DNA of 64,000 nt. It comes from Peribolospora baueri (Eukaryota). This document shows, piece after piece, positions 52,383 to 64,000 of this stretch. A program made the translations under genes and the position numbers. The stretch spans positions 124,001 through 188,000 of the forward strand of contig JAMDHS010000024.1 in assembly GCA_029717555.1 (NCBI GenBank), given 5' to 3'. The notes beneath the pieces are model-generated. The model saw only the letters and a program-made list of their open reading frames with translations. It had not been told where the DNA came from and ran no database searches. The first letter of the stretch is position 1. Each line of letters opens with the position of its first letter.

Positions 52383-53736
52383 GGTGCTGGAAACGCGGAA
52401 GGAAAGAGAGAAGGAGTATCCGGCAGGAATACAGAAGTAAAAGAAGAGGAAAAGAGAGCAAGACGGGGAGAGCAGGGAGAGATGTGGTGGTGGTGGTGGC
52501 GGTGGTGGTGGGCGAGGGGGAGGCTTGCGCGACCGTTGGTGGTGACCTTGAGTGACCTGCCTATTGAGGGGACCCCGCACGGTGAGCGACCGCCGCAGTC
52601 TCCGGCTCGGATCACTCCTGGCCGCCCGTCCGGCTTTCACGCGCCGATTCCCTCCATCGTCCAATCCTCGGGGGACGATTGGTGGCCTTGGTGGCTGCGC
52701 TGGAGCCTGTCGGCCATAGGCAAGGTCTGGCCACTCGAGGGCGTCGACGGGCTTGCCGGGTTTATCCTTCCTTCGCCTCGTCCGACATCGTTTACGACCA
52801 TCCCTCAGCACTCGCGTGCAGCAATGTCGGGCGTATCCGAGTCCAAAGCGGCTTCGTCGGGGCCTGCCTTTGGGCTCGCCAGTACAGTCGTCGTCTCACG
52901 ATGCCCATCTCATCGTCCTCCTTCAGCCCGTGCCCATAGTTCATACACGTGTTAATTCGGCGCACGTAGACTATTCTCCTACCACGGTGCTGCTGGTCGC
53001 CGAGGTCACACCTGACCGATCCTGGCACCAAGCAGGCGTACACATATCGCGAAGCTCCCCCGGTCTAGATCACTGCGCCACCAGTACGTCTGCTAGAGAT
53101 GATCCCATGAGCCTGCGTGACCGCTCCACATTCAAAGACATGTGCGATGGACGACATGAAGGCGTGGGTCTGACGGGAACAGCCCCGACCACCTGGGAGG
53201 CAGCTTCGCTTTTCTTCACAGCGAACGCACACCGCTCGTGATGACGACGGAGTCGGGCACTCTGTCAAGCAGTCATGGCAGCAGACCATGGCCACGCAGA
53301 TGCGCTGTGAGTGAAGGCTGTCTGTCCGACTTGGCTCTGCTCTCGGGGAGCGTCCTTGCTGGTCTCGCCATGTACGTGCGGCCTGCCCGGTGTTCTCCGC
53401 CAAGACCTCGTCCATGCTGTGCTCCGTCCCTCTCACTACCCTCGCTGAATCCAGTCAAACCTTCCTCAGCGGCGGACGGGCGCGGCGAGAGGCGGCGATA
53501 GACGGCCATGAATCTCGGTGACGTCCAGCGCGATCGGGGGCTGGCTGGGGTGGGCGAGACGTGACGGAGAGGAGAAAGGACGCCGAAGCGAGGCGGGGAG
53601 AGACACAACCTGATAATAAAAGGCCGGACCGTACACAGCGCCCGTTCTCATCCTCCCTCGTTCGCACAACAACCCCTTCTCCTCGCACTTGCCTCTCTTT
53701 TCCCCCTCCTTCGCGTTAGCTACCTCCACAGCCGTC

Positions 53737-55802
53737 ATGGCCGACCGCAAGACCATGAACGCCCTCTGGTACGAGGCGGTCAGTTTTCCCTCTCCTCTAT
53801 CTCTCCTCCGCTCGCCCCCGCATTCGCTAGCGGCCGCGACGACGACGACGATGACGATTGCTGACTTCACCGCCCCTCCTCCCCCGTTGTATCTTGCCAA
53901 CAGCCTTTCAAGTTCGAGATCACCGAGCGCCCCGTCCCCGTCCCCAACGATGATGAGATCCTCCTCAAGGTCAGAATGTGCGGTGAGTTTCTCGGCCTCC
54001 AATACCTACCGCGTCTACCGCATCGCACTCGCACTTGCTCGCCGCCCGTCTGGCTTCCGCCGCGTGAAGACGGACAAGCAGCGACAGTGCCTCGGACGAC
54101 CGGTCCGACTTGACTCCCTCCCGTCCAATCGCGACTTCTGTCAGCTGATTATGACCTAATGCTGCGAGCCCATCTATGGACGGCGTTTTACTCACGGCGA
54201 ATAACCTCCTCTTTGCTTTCTGCCGGTCTTCATTTCTGTACCTCAACGTGGGGTTTACGAAACCTCTTTCCTCTTTTGGGATCCTAAACGCTTTCCATCG
54301 CTCCATCCGACCTGCATCATGACGTTCCCCGAACGGCAGGCGTTTGCGGCACGGACGCGTGAGTGCTGGCGCATATATGCTTGCTTCCGTTCGCCGTCGA
54401 TCGCAAAGCGCCCGCCGATCGGGCGCATCCATCCGTCTGCCCAACCGTCTTTCCTCCGCTCCTCGCCCGTATCCCGCTGACGCGTCCTTCACTTACCTTT
54501 CCCCCGCCGCCTGCACAAATGAAGGCACATCCACGAGGGCGAGTTCATCTCCAAATTCCCGCTCATCACCGGCCACGAGGTCGTCGGCGACGTGGTGCAG
54601 ATGGGAAAGAACGTCAAGGGCTTCCAGAAGGGCGACCGCGTCGTTTGTGACTGCGGAGAGACGTGCGGAACGGTGGGTCTCCACCTGGATGAATGAATGC
54701 ATGACCATCCGTGTGCTGACACCGCGTTCGTCCCCACCCAGTGCCACTACTGCCGTCGCGGCGAGATCCTTTACTGCGAGTCCTTCAACGCCAAGGGCGT
54801 CACCCTGGATGGCGGCTTCGCAAACTACGTCAAGTTCCACCAGAAGTCGTGCTTTAAGATCACAAACCTCACCGATGAAGAGGCCACGCTTTGCGAACCC
54901 GCCGCGTGCGCCCTGCATGGGCTCGATCGTCTCCGTCCCAAAGTCGGCGTCACCGTTCTGCTCATTGGCGCCGGGCCGACGGGTCTCATTATGAGCCAGC
55001 TACTGATGAAGAACGGAGCATCCAAGGTCGTCCTCGCGGCCAACAAAGGCATGAAGATGGACATTGCCAAGAAACTCGGCGCCGCGGACATCTTCATCGA
55101 TCTCGATAGACAGAACCCGGCCGCGCAGTGGGAGCAGATCAAGAAGGATTACCCTTACGGCTTTGACGTCGTGTGAGTGCGTCCGCTCTACCTCCCTCTT
55201 ACCCGTCGCTCGCATAAGAGATGAACATGTCGCTGACCTCGTGATGTTTTTCAGCGTGGAGTGCACTGGCGTCGAGAAGATCGTTAATGACTCTATCAAC
55301 TACGTCGCCAGGGGTGGACAGTGAGTGACGCCCCAAATATCTCTTTTCCTCCTTCGTTTTGATTGACGCCGAGAGCCATCTTCCCTACCGTTCCCCTTCC
55401 ACTTTTCCGTTTAGCCTCCTCGTCTACGGCGTCTACGAGAACAAGGCCCGCGTGCACTGGCCTCCCTCCAAGATTTTCGTCGACGAGATCACCATTCTCG
55501 GCTCCTTCTCGCAGACCTACTGCTTCCCTCGCGCTGTCGAGTACCTCGACTCTGGCAAGATCAATGTCAAGGGCATGGTCACGGACGTGTTTGAGCTCAA
55601 GGACTACCAGGCGGCGCTGGACAAGATGGCCAGCAGGCAGTGCTTGAAGATCGCCATCAAGGTGAGCGTGCCGGGAAAACCTTTTTTTTTGCGGCGAGAG
55701 ACTTGGTCGCTCGATCGCCCGTTTGCTCGGTTGCCTCGTTCGCCGCCATCGTCCGTTCACTCACCCCTCTTGCTGCCATCTCTTCCGCCCGGGCAGCCAT
55801 GA
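53737..55802 (+). CDS. Zn-dependent medium-chain dehydrogenase, D-arabitol dehydrogenase (NADP+)-like; multi-exon
   Basis: Contains [27 protein letters not shown], structural Zn motif [37 protein letters not shown] and [12 protein letters not shown]. Confidence 0.9.
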
Positions 55803-56851
55803 ATCGGTCAGCCGACCGAGGAGAAGCGGAGGTCGTATAAAGTCGTCCCAGCCAGACTCTTAGTTCATCGGCGCACTCGGCAGGGTCGTCCACGGACCCC
55901 ACCTCCCCTCCCTTCTCACTCTTCGCATCTCTCCCGCCGCTTTCATATCACAATGCCATCCGAATCTGTCAGCTTGTCACGCCGCAATTGAATTGTTCTG
56001 TTGTTGTTGTCATCTACAATGTAAGAGTTCCTCTCGTCACGGAGGTGTGTTTGTTTCGTCCATCGATCCCATCGAATAAAGTGCAGTGACTCCCCGTTCG
56101 GTCGTCCCCTTGATCTCGTCGTCTGCCCTGGCGGTGGTGGTGGACGCTGGGCATTCTCGAACGGTCGAAGGCTCGGTGCGTGCTGGAAACGAGGAGCGAT
56201 CTGGCGGGAAATTAGGAACGATTGGGGGGGAACAATGAGAAGGTCGCTCCCGTATCTTCCGCCCCTTCTACGTCGCGGAGTCAGTCGGTTGTCCTACATC
56301 TCCCGTCTTTTCTTTTCTCGTCCATTTGTTCACTCTGTCTCTCGGCGCTCGCTTGGTTCAACTCGTACACCCGCCGTTTCTATTGCTGTAATGGGTGGAC
56401 GATGTAGCATCTAACGGCGGCCCTCGCCTTCATCGCCTCCGTAATATCGGAGCGGCAGAGCTAAACCTGCCCGCGGGCCGACGAACGAGAGGATTTGGGT
56501 GGTTCAAAGCCGGCCACATACCGCGGTCCTCGTACTACGGAAAAGAGCCGGAGAGTACGCATACATGGTTGAAAAATTCATAGTCAGGACGCCCTTCCCG
56601 TGCCTGACGTTCCTAGAAGAGGATGATGGGATGGGGCGAGACACGAGGTGGAGAAAAGAAAGGTCGCGCTCCGGTGAGTCGCAAGAGGCAGGCGTGCTGT
56701 ACGGACGGACGAACAAAATGCTCACTTCATCTCGCCTCCCGCATCTCCCCCACACCTCTTCTTCGTCCTTCTATGCACACATTCATCCCGCAATCCCTCC
56801 GCCTCTCCCCCATTCCCCTCTTCCCTCCGCTCCCGTTCCCCGGCCGCCTCA

Positions 56852-57304
56852 TCAATGCGTCAAGAACCTTCTCCCCTTAATGAGCCTCCTTACAATGATC
56901 TTCCTCCCCGTCCTGCTCTTCCTCCTCGCCAAGAATCCGTGCCTCCGCTTCCGGATGCGCTGCGACGGCTGGTACTCTGCGCCGTACGTCCTGAAGCGGA
57001 GGCCTAGCGGAGCGCTCGGGAGGATGGAGGGGAGGGTGGAGCGGGGGATAGAGGAGAAAAGCGTTGTGGACGGTGAGGCGAGAGGTAGGGAAGGGGAGTT
57101 AAGGCGGAGGCGCGAGAAGGCTGAGAGGAGGCTGCCATTGTCGGAGGACGAGGACGTGCGGACAGCGGCGAGCGTGTGCGCGCTGCCGGCGGTGGAGCTG
57201 CCGCTGCGAGCAGGGGCTGCTCCGAGTCGGGGGAAGGCCTTAGCCAGTGCGGGAGGCCTTGAGAACGCGAGCGATCTGGCGACTGATGCGGAGAGACGGG
57301 GCAT
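56852..57304 (-). CDS. MRPL34: Mitochondrial ribosomal protein L34 (bL34m), single exon
   Basis: Presequence followed by YQPSQRIRKRRHGFLARRKSRTGRKIIVRRLIKGRRFLTH. Confidence 0.93.
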   Translation of the reverse strand: MPRLSASVARSLAFSRPPALAKAFPRLGAAPARSGSSTAGSAHTLAAVRTSSSSDNGSLLSAFSRLRLNSPSLPLASPSTTLFSSIPRSTLPSILPSAPLGLRFRTYGAEYQPSQRIRKRRHGFLARRKSRTGRKIIVRRLIKGRRFLTH

Positions 57305-57765
57305 CTTGGATGTCTTGCCTAGCCCTTGCGTTGCGTCGCAGGTACCTCGAGATGGACGTTTATGATGATGGCTTGTGCGAAGCAGAAGCAGCATCGGGTA
57401 GAGCTTTGCTCACGTGATATCGACTGCGGCCGCGGGCTTCCCACTCAATCGTCACGACGACGGGCGGAGAGAACGGCGACGAGAGAGAAGGACGCTGTCC
57501 TTAAGAGGGACTGGCTGGTCCAGCTGGACGCCCTGACGAGTCAATCTCACTCCATTTGTTCACCCTCATCCTCGCTCTCGCTTTCTGTCTCTTGTCCCTT
57601 GTGAGCCGCGATCATCCGCTCACGCGCTCGAGTCTTCCCCCAGACTTCCAGCTTCGTCTCAAGCGTCGTCTAGTCCATATACGTCCCACTCGGGTCGCAC
57701 GCCGTAATTTCTCGCACCCACAGCAGAACGCTGCAGGCGCACGTTTATCCCCATCACATCCCATC

Positions 57766-60162
57766 ATGGCGGGGGACCAGCAGAAGAACGCGGTCGTACC
57801 ACCCTGGGAGGTAGTCGACCCTCGCGACGCTGCCGACGAGAGCACAGGCACGACGAACGGGTGAGCTCGTCATGTTCGCCGCAGGCAACAGCGCGGCGAA
57901 AGGCTTGCGAGCTCTGACCGAGTCTCGATATATCTCCACTCTGTTTTGGCGCCGTGCCCGTCCAACCAAGCACGACGAAGCGCCGGGCAGCACGGGCGCC
58001 CAAGGCGGTGGTTGTTGGCGTCGATTCGAGCAAGCCGGATAGCACGGTCGTCGGCTACGCGTGGGATGATATCAACCTCGATTTCTTTCTGCGTATCCTC
58101 TTCCTCACTTTTCTTCGTGAGTCCGCCAACCTAGCGAGCGCCCGCGCGAGGGTTTGGGAACAGCGGGCCGGACTTGGAGGAGAATTCGGCGGAAAGAATC
58201 TTCGACCTTTCCAGCTCACCGTCTACTCTCCATTATCTCTGTTGTATCCTCTCTTCCTTTAGATCCTTTCTTTGCCATATTTGTGCCCATTTTAGTTCTC
58301 GCGACTGGCACAAACTGGCGTTCGAGCCATGCACAGTCTTCCATGCTCTACGCTGGCCTCGTTTGCGCCGGCTGGATGTTGTCCTGGCTGAACCGGATTT
58401 GGAGGAACGGCTGGAGCCTCATTTATCAGGGGCCTATGGCAGATTGGGGCGAGGAGGTGGTGGTCATCACTGGGGGTGAGTACGTGAGAGACACTACCGA
58501 CGCGGTCGATGAATCTCTTAGTTTTCAGCGGCGTTTCGGACGGTCTCGTACAAGGATTCGAGCACTGAAGCCGAAATGTTATCCTCGCCCATGCACCTCC
58601 CCATGCTCGCGTTTAAAGGGGCTTCTGGGATAGGCGCATTGGTTGCGGAAACACTGGCTCTCAAGAACGTAGCCGTAGCCGTTCTGGACGTCAAGCCCAG
58701 CTCGTCTGAAAACTGTGAGCTCAGGATTGTCTGCTACCGGGATCAGTTTATATCTTTCGTCCTTTGCTGAAATTCTCAGCGTCGTCCACCTTTCCTTCGG
58801 GACCGACTCTTCAGATAATATCACCTATTATCAATGCGACGTGTCAGATCGCAGCCAAGTCGAGGCGGCAACGGCCAAGATCCGCGAAGAGGTAAGCAAC
58901 AGGTTTGCTTCGTGCATAGCATGCCCTGCTTCCTGTCGGCCGGCTTGTCCCAAGACGCATATTCTCATCGACGTGATCTGACCTCGATGGCTTGGTAGCT
59001 CGGCGCCCCGACCATGCTCATCAACAATGCGGGCATTGTCCACTGCAAGTTATTGCTCGAACTAACGCCAGAGGAGATCAACAGGTAAACCGTTTTCTGG
59101 GAATGCCGGTCTTATTGTGACTTTGTGATCACCTTGCGTGGCCCGCCGAAGTTGCAAAAGTCAGAAACCGGACGGTTGAGACGATTCGCTTCTATTCTAC
59201 TTCGTTGGCGCGTCAACAGCACGATCAACGTCAACTTGGTTTCTCACTATTGGACACTGCAAGCCTTTCTTCCTGACATGATTAAGAACAACCACGGGCA
59301 CATTGTAAGGCTGCGTTCCTTTTAGTGGGGCTCATGCGAAGTGCACAGGCACAAGAAGGTGATATCGAATGAGTTCGTGCAGCTATCCTGACTTGTGAGA
59401 TATATTCCATTCGTTTAGGTCACCCTTGGATCGGTCATGGGCTACGTTGGGGCGTCGCGAACCGGTGAGTGTCCTCTAGGCTCGAACTGCTGGCTCGTAC
59501 ATTGGTAACCATCGTCTTCCATTGGAACTCACATCCATCGCCGTTCCTAACCCTTTGGCGTCTTGAATAGCCGACTATTCGGCAACAAAAGGTGCCTTGT
59601 TGACCCTTCATGAGACGTTGCGCTACGAGCTCGACAAGAAGTGAGTGATCCTGGAGCGGACGCGACACGCTGGACGAGAGCGGGAACGGGACTTGGTGGC
59701 AGGCTGCCGCCGCCCTGGCAACGCCATCAAATCTCTTACTTGTTTTTGTGCGTCCCCGTGACAACCAGATACAAAGCGCCTAACGTACGAACGACACTCG
59801 TGCTCCCTTCACACGTCACGACCACTCTCTTCAAGGGCGTTGAATTTCCTCCTCTCGCCCGATTCCTCATGCCCTCCCTCCCGCCGCTCGTTGTGGCGAA
59901 GGAGATCATCGCGGCCCTGGACATGCAGGAGAGCAGGACGATCCGCGTCCCTTTTTTCGTGCATCTCGCGCCTTGGCTCAGGTGCATGCCGACTTACGTG
60001 AGGGACCTTGCGCAATATGTAAGCTGCGAGACCTGGCTTTTGCGTCTAATAGTCCTCGATCGCGGAAATTAACATCTTCATGCATTCTATTATCTCTTTC
60101 TTCAGCTAAGCGGCGCGGACGAAGCGCTGACCAACGTCGCCGCAGCGAAGAAGGTCGAGTAA
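57766..60162 (+). CDS. Membrane-anchored short-chain dehydrogenase/reductase (retinol dehydrogenase / 17beta-HSD11-like); multi-exon
   Basis: Contains VVVITG-GASGIG, YYQCDVSD, MLINNAGIV, VNLVSHYWTLQAFLPDM and catalytic DYSATK. Confidence 0.88.
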
Positions 60163-60702
60163 GGCGAGGCACTAGAATGACCCTCAACTCCTTTACCCCG
60201 GTTCCAACCTACCGAAGCGATCACGCTAGTTGGAATACCCCCCCCCGGAGGGGTGAGAGGAGAAATGGGCTCTCACGTGCACACGAGAGGCGGACTGGTC
60301 CGACCGTTCTTTATTCTAGGAAGGAGTGTGACCTTGGTGAGAAAGTCTTGCCAAACACGGGTCATACCGATGGGCCTTTAGTGTACTACACCCCAGCGAT
60401 ATAAGTACAAAAATTGTAAGAGCGCATCAAGGCGCCGTCGCGCCGTAGCTTTTCCAAGATCAACTTGGTATGCGTCCCCTCGACTGGCACCTTTTCATTA
60501 CCCAGCCTCTCCTCTTCACTTATCACCAGGTCGTCGTTAGATGAGGTGGGAGGACACGTAACGATGTACAGCTCGATTTGGGAAGTCGAGCGGGCAGAGA
60601 TTGCTGCGGTAGAAATCTTATCTATCCGAAGGAAAAAGTGACGTGATTCGAGCGACCCTCGCTCTCTCCTTGGCCACCACCTCCATCCCCTCCCGTCCCA
60701 TC

Positions 60703-63483
60703 ATGACCGCCGCCTCTCCTCAATCTTCTGTCCCATATTCCCCCCCACCCTACCCAGCCCCAGTGGGCTCCGCCTCTCTCCTTCTTTCCTTCCGCCCAGC
60801 AGGCCGCGTCGTGCTCGTCGTCGGTGCCAACCGCCTCGCCGCTTCCAGGGTCTTCGCCTGCCTGGACGCAGACCTGAGAGTCGTCGTTGTGCTTCCCTCT
60901 ACTGACGGCGGGAGAGGGGAAGATGACACATCCCACCTCCTCGATCGATTTCGTGCCTGCGACGAGATTAAATACCGCATAACTCAGAACCAGGCCCGTT
61001 TGCGCGTTGTCTGCGACGCCGCCCGAGATTGGGAGGAGTTGTTGAACGAGTTTGGCTCGGAGCTCTTCGCTGTTTGCGTTACTGAGACGATCAACGAGGG
61101 TCCTAGTAGCAACAGTAGGACACACAATACCAGCTACGGCAAATCGGCCCTATCCCCTCGAGAACGCGCTTCACTCCTCTCCTCCCTTTGCCGCGCCCGT
61201 CGCATTCCTCTCAACGTCGCCGACGAGCCTTCGCTGTGCGATTTCTCCTTCCCCGCCACCCATCGGTTTATGTGTCCCCCGCCTGCTTCCTCCTTCTCCA
61301 TCAAACCAGGCACAATGGCCGAGGGAAGAGAGCGAGCGAGCCCCTTGCAAATCGCAGTGACGACGAACGGCAAAGGATGCAGGTTGGCAGGAAGGATCAG
61401 GAGGGAGATTGTCTCTCGATTGCCAAGAGGGGTCGGTAGCGCGGTGGAGAACGTGGGGAGGCTGAGGGAGATGGCTAAGCGGGAGGCGGAAGAGAGGGCA
61501 TTGTCGGTTGCGGATGTGCACGGTGGAGACGGCCAAGTGGAGCAAATCACTGAGAAGGCGGCCGAGGCGATTCAGCAGGGTCGCCTTTCTTCCACCAAAC
61601 CGCAAGGGCACACCGCCGATTGTCACTCGTGCCTCAGAGGCGACGTAGAGGATGACGATGTCCCTCTTCTCACTTTCGAGCCGCTGAACTCGCCTGTGCC
61701 CCAACTGCCTGCCTCTGCATCTGCCTCGCGTTTCAAGCCTGGGGTTCTTCCGCCGACTCTCCACGCATCTGCACGGACCATCGCTTCCCTATCTCGCAGC
61801 ACTTCGCGGTCTTCTTCGCCTTCGTCTTCAGCGACACCATCGACGCCGATGGATGGTGTGGCGGCCGGCGCTTTTTTCAGCTCTTCCCCCTCCCTCTCAC
61901 TTGGCGCCAACACTGGTCCCGCCCAAGACAAGACAGGACGAGCCGAACCTGCAGTCCCTTCTTCAGAAGAGGAAGAAGAATCCCGTGCAGAAGCCCGACG
62001 GAGGAGAATGCGTTGGGTGGCGCAAGTGAGCGAGTATTGGCCGATCGAGTACCTTGCTCGGCTGGGGGATTCAGAGGAGAAATTGGAGGAGGTTTTGGAG
62101 ACGTATGTGGCCAGGGAGCACGGTATGGGAGGGGGATTGATGGGTGTGGGAGGGAACAGTACCGCGCCATCGCTAGCGCATCTGCATCAGGGCGCTGCGA
62201 TCTCTGGGACAGTTACGAACGGTACGGCAAAGGCTTTGGAGAGCCTTGACGAGGAGCGGTTCAGGGAGCGAACGGAGACGTCTCGTGTCGGAGGGACAGA
62301 GGTTTGTGTGAGCCGAGGAAAAGCCGAGGATTCTCAAGGCTCTCAGGCGCCTAACGCGGGTCAACGAGGCGCATCTTCGACGAGCCAAGGCCAGTCTCAT
62401 CAGGAGCTTACATCCCGAGAACGCGACTCGACATTGTCCTCCATATTACCCTCCTCTTCTTCGGACATCGGCGAGCGCTCATCCTCGGTGCATGCCCTTG
62501 CTCTCGCTTTGCCACCTTCCCTCGGTCCGACCCGAGGCAAGATTTACTTGCTGGGTTCAGGCACGGGCCACCCGTCGCTTCTAACTCTGGCCGCCCACCG
62601 CCTCTTGACCTCCCCCACGACCTCACTGATCCTCTCCGACAAACTCGTCCCCTCGTCTGTCCTTTCTTTAATCCCGCCAACCATCCGCCTGCACATCGCC
62701 AAAAAGTTCCCCGGCAATGCGGAGGGAGCGCAGAACGAATTGATGGAGCTGGCCTTGGAGGCGGCGATGAAGGGGGAAGTGGTAGTCAGGCTCAAGCAAG
62801 GAGACCCGTTCGTCTACGGAAGGGGAGGGGAGGAGGTGCTTTTCTTCCGACAAAACGGATTCGAACCCGTCGTCGTTCCCGGAATCTCTTCGGCGTTCGC
62901 GGGCCCACTCATGGCGGGCATTCCGGTCACCCAACGGGGAGTTGCGGATTCGCTCGTGCTGTGCACGGGGGTGGGGAGGAAGGGTAGGCCGGCGAGGTTG
63001 CCTGGGTATGAGAGGGCGAGAACGTTGGTGTTGCTGATGGGCGTTGCGAGGTTACCGTCCTTGCTTCGAGTCCTGCTCTCCCCGACGGTCTCTTCATCGG
63101 AGCAGAACCTCCACTCTGCGGACGGCGTTCGCGAAGGCGCCCCATACCCTTCTCACCTTCCCGTCGCCATCATTGAGCGGGCGTCGAGCTTGGACCAACG
63201 CGTCGTGGCGAGCACGCTTTCGGGCATCGAGAGCGCCCTGGAGAGGGCGGGCGAGCAGAGGCCGCCCGGGATGATCGTCGTCGGATGGGCGGTGCTGGCG
63301 CTCGAAGGCGAGGGGAATATAGACGTGCTCGACGAGGATGGAGAGGGGGAGAATGGAGCCGAGCAGCAGACGCGCAGGGACGAGGAGCGCGTTCGGACGT
63401 GGCTCGGTCCGCTGGGCTATGTCGTTCGCGAAGGGCTTGTGCCTTCCTCGGAGGCGTGGGACGCACTGGCCGACGTAGCTTAG
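60703..63483 (+). CDS. MET1: Uroporphyrinogen-III C-methyltransferase with N-terminal CysG-like (dehydrogenase/chelatase-type) region, siroheme synthesis; single exon
   Basis: Contains VLVVGANRLAASR, PLNVADEPSLCDFSFP, LQIAVTTNGKGCRLAGRIRRE, LLGSGTGHPSLLT, VVRLKQGDPFVYGRGGEE and VPGISSA. Confidence 0.92.
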   Translation: MTAASPQSSVPYSPPPYPAPVGSASLLLSFRPAGRVVLVVGANRLAASRVFACLDADLRVVVVLPSTDGGRGEDDTSHLLDRFRACDEIKYRITQNQARLRVVCDAARDWEELLNEFGSELFAVCVTETINEGPSSNSRTHNTSYGKSALSPRERASLLSSLCRARRIPLNVADEPSLCDFSFPATHRFMCPPPASSFSIKPGTMAEGRERASPLQIAVTTNGKGCRLAGRIRREIVSRLPRGVGSAVENVGRLREMAKREAEERALSVADVHGGDGQVEQITEKAAEAIQQGRLSSTKPQGHTADCHSCLRGDVEDDDVPLLTFEPLNSPVPQLPASASASRFKPGVLPPTLHASARTIASLSRSTSRSSSPSSSATPSTPMDGVAAGAFFSSSPSLSLGANTGPAQDKTGRAEPAVPSSEEEEESRAEARRRRMRWVAQVSEYWPIEYLARLGDSEEKLEEVLETYVAREHGMGGGLMGVGGNSTAPSLAHLHQGAAISGTVTNGTAKALESLDEERFRERTETSRVGGTEVCVSRGKAEDSQGSQAPNAGQRGASSTSQGQSHQELTSRERDSTLSSILPSSSSDIGERSSSVHALALALPPSLGPTRGKIYLLGSGTGHPSLLTLAAHRLLTSPTTSLILSDKLVPSSVLSLIPPTIRLHIAKKFPGNAEGAQNELMELALEAAMKGEVVVRLKQGDPFVYGRGGEEVLFFRQNGFEPVVVPGISSAFAGPLMAGIPVTQRGVADSLVLCTGVGRKGRPARLPGYERARTLVLLMGVARLPSLLRVLLSPTVSSSEQNLHSADGVREGAPYPSHLPVAIIERASSLDQRVVASTLSGIESALERAGEQRPPGMIVVGWAVLALEGEGNIDVLDEDGEGENGAEQQTRRDEERVRTWLGPLGYVVREGLVPSSEAWDALADVA

Positions 63484-63712
63484 TAGACCATGAAGGTGGT
63501 ATCTATCGTGACTATTGCAATCTGGACCGGCGAGATGAAGCACGCTCCTCATACCTGACAGGCAAGCTCTGCTGGCCGTGGCTGCCAGATGGTAGTAGCC
63601 GAGGGAGGCGTTGCAAGAAGAAGCTGCCGCAGGGCTTGTATCAGCGGGCCGCAGCCGAGCAGCGAACACCGAGCGCACTGAGACTGCTTTCGATATCCAT
63701 CAGCACATCACC

Positions 63713-64000
63713 ATGGCGGCGAGAGCACCCTCCAGACTCGCCAGCACACTGCAGGCCTTTGGGTCGGCATCACCACGAGCCGCCGGAGCTATGTGAGTGG
63801 GTCTTGCCCATCGGGGCTTGTTGGACGAGTCCCGAGTGAGCCTCAGTCCGTCGCCCCAGCTTACAGCGGTCGCCCTTCTCCGTCGCTTTGGCGTCACAGA
63901 CTGCCAATCTCGCCCCGGCGATCGTTCACATCGAGCACCTCCCGTCGTATCCCCTCTTCCACCGCCACCGCCGCTAACACCTCCATCGACCCGTCCGAGA
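63713..64000 (+). CDS. 5' end of an unidentified gene, possibly mitochondrially targeted; truncated by the window
   Basis: caccATG, then MAARAPSRLASTLQAFGSASPRAAGA (no acidic residues), then a GTGAGT donor. Confidence 0.5.

Noticed and set aside
55797..55865. Cryptic peroxisomal PTS1 by alternative acceptor or read-through in the dehydrogenase
   Set aside because: The downstream frame gives ARL followed by a sense codon, not a stop, and the stop context is TGA ATC rather than TGA CTA.

Overview
GC-rich, intron-rich eukaryotic DNA, most consistent with a basidiomycete fungus (possibly smut-related; this is inference from GT-AG introns with CTRAC branch sites and the gene content). About 22 protein-coding loci can be reconstructed by hand-splicing: TBL1/SIF2-like LisH-WD40 (partial), TMEM115-like, a secreted S/T/A-rich protein, BET2, a small orphan, mitoribosomal IMG2 and L34, an Atos/FAM214-like DUF4210 protein, a MARVEL-like membrane protein, adjacent BAT1 and ILV5, a secreted GH18, peroxisomal HACL1-like enzyme, VIP1, a Na+/H+ antiporter, GlcNAc-6-P deacetylase, IDO, a fumarate reductase-cytochrome b5 fusion, a Zn-dependent polyol dehydrogenase, an SDR, MET1 and a partial gene at the right edge. 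The main unexplained structure is an island at about 47.5-49.1 kb. It holds four diverged ~150-bp units with G-rich spacers, each bracketed by its own inverted repeat and showing compensatory base changes, which suggests a structured-RNA array or a MITE cluster. A possible spliced minus-strand transcript carrying a 63-bp repeat points into it. Other points are a shared TGACTCGA motif upstream of BAT1 and ILV5, an in-frame GC-AG intron in VIP1, and several 19-23 nt microexons. No tRNA, rRNA, CRISPR array or transposase was recognised. All homology calls come from recalled motifs, not database searches, and exon boundaries are manual.
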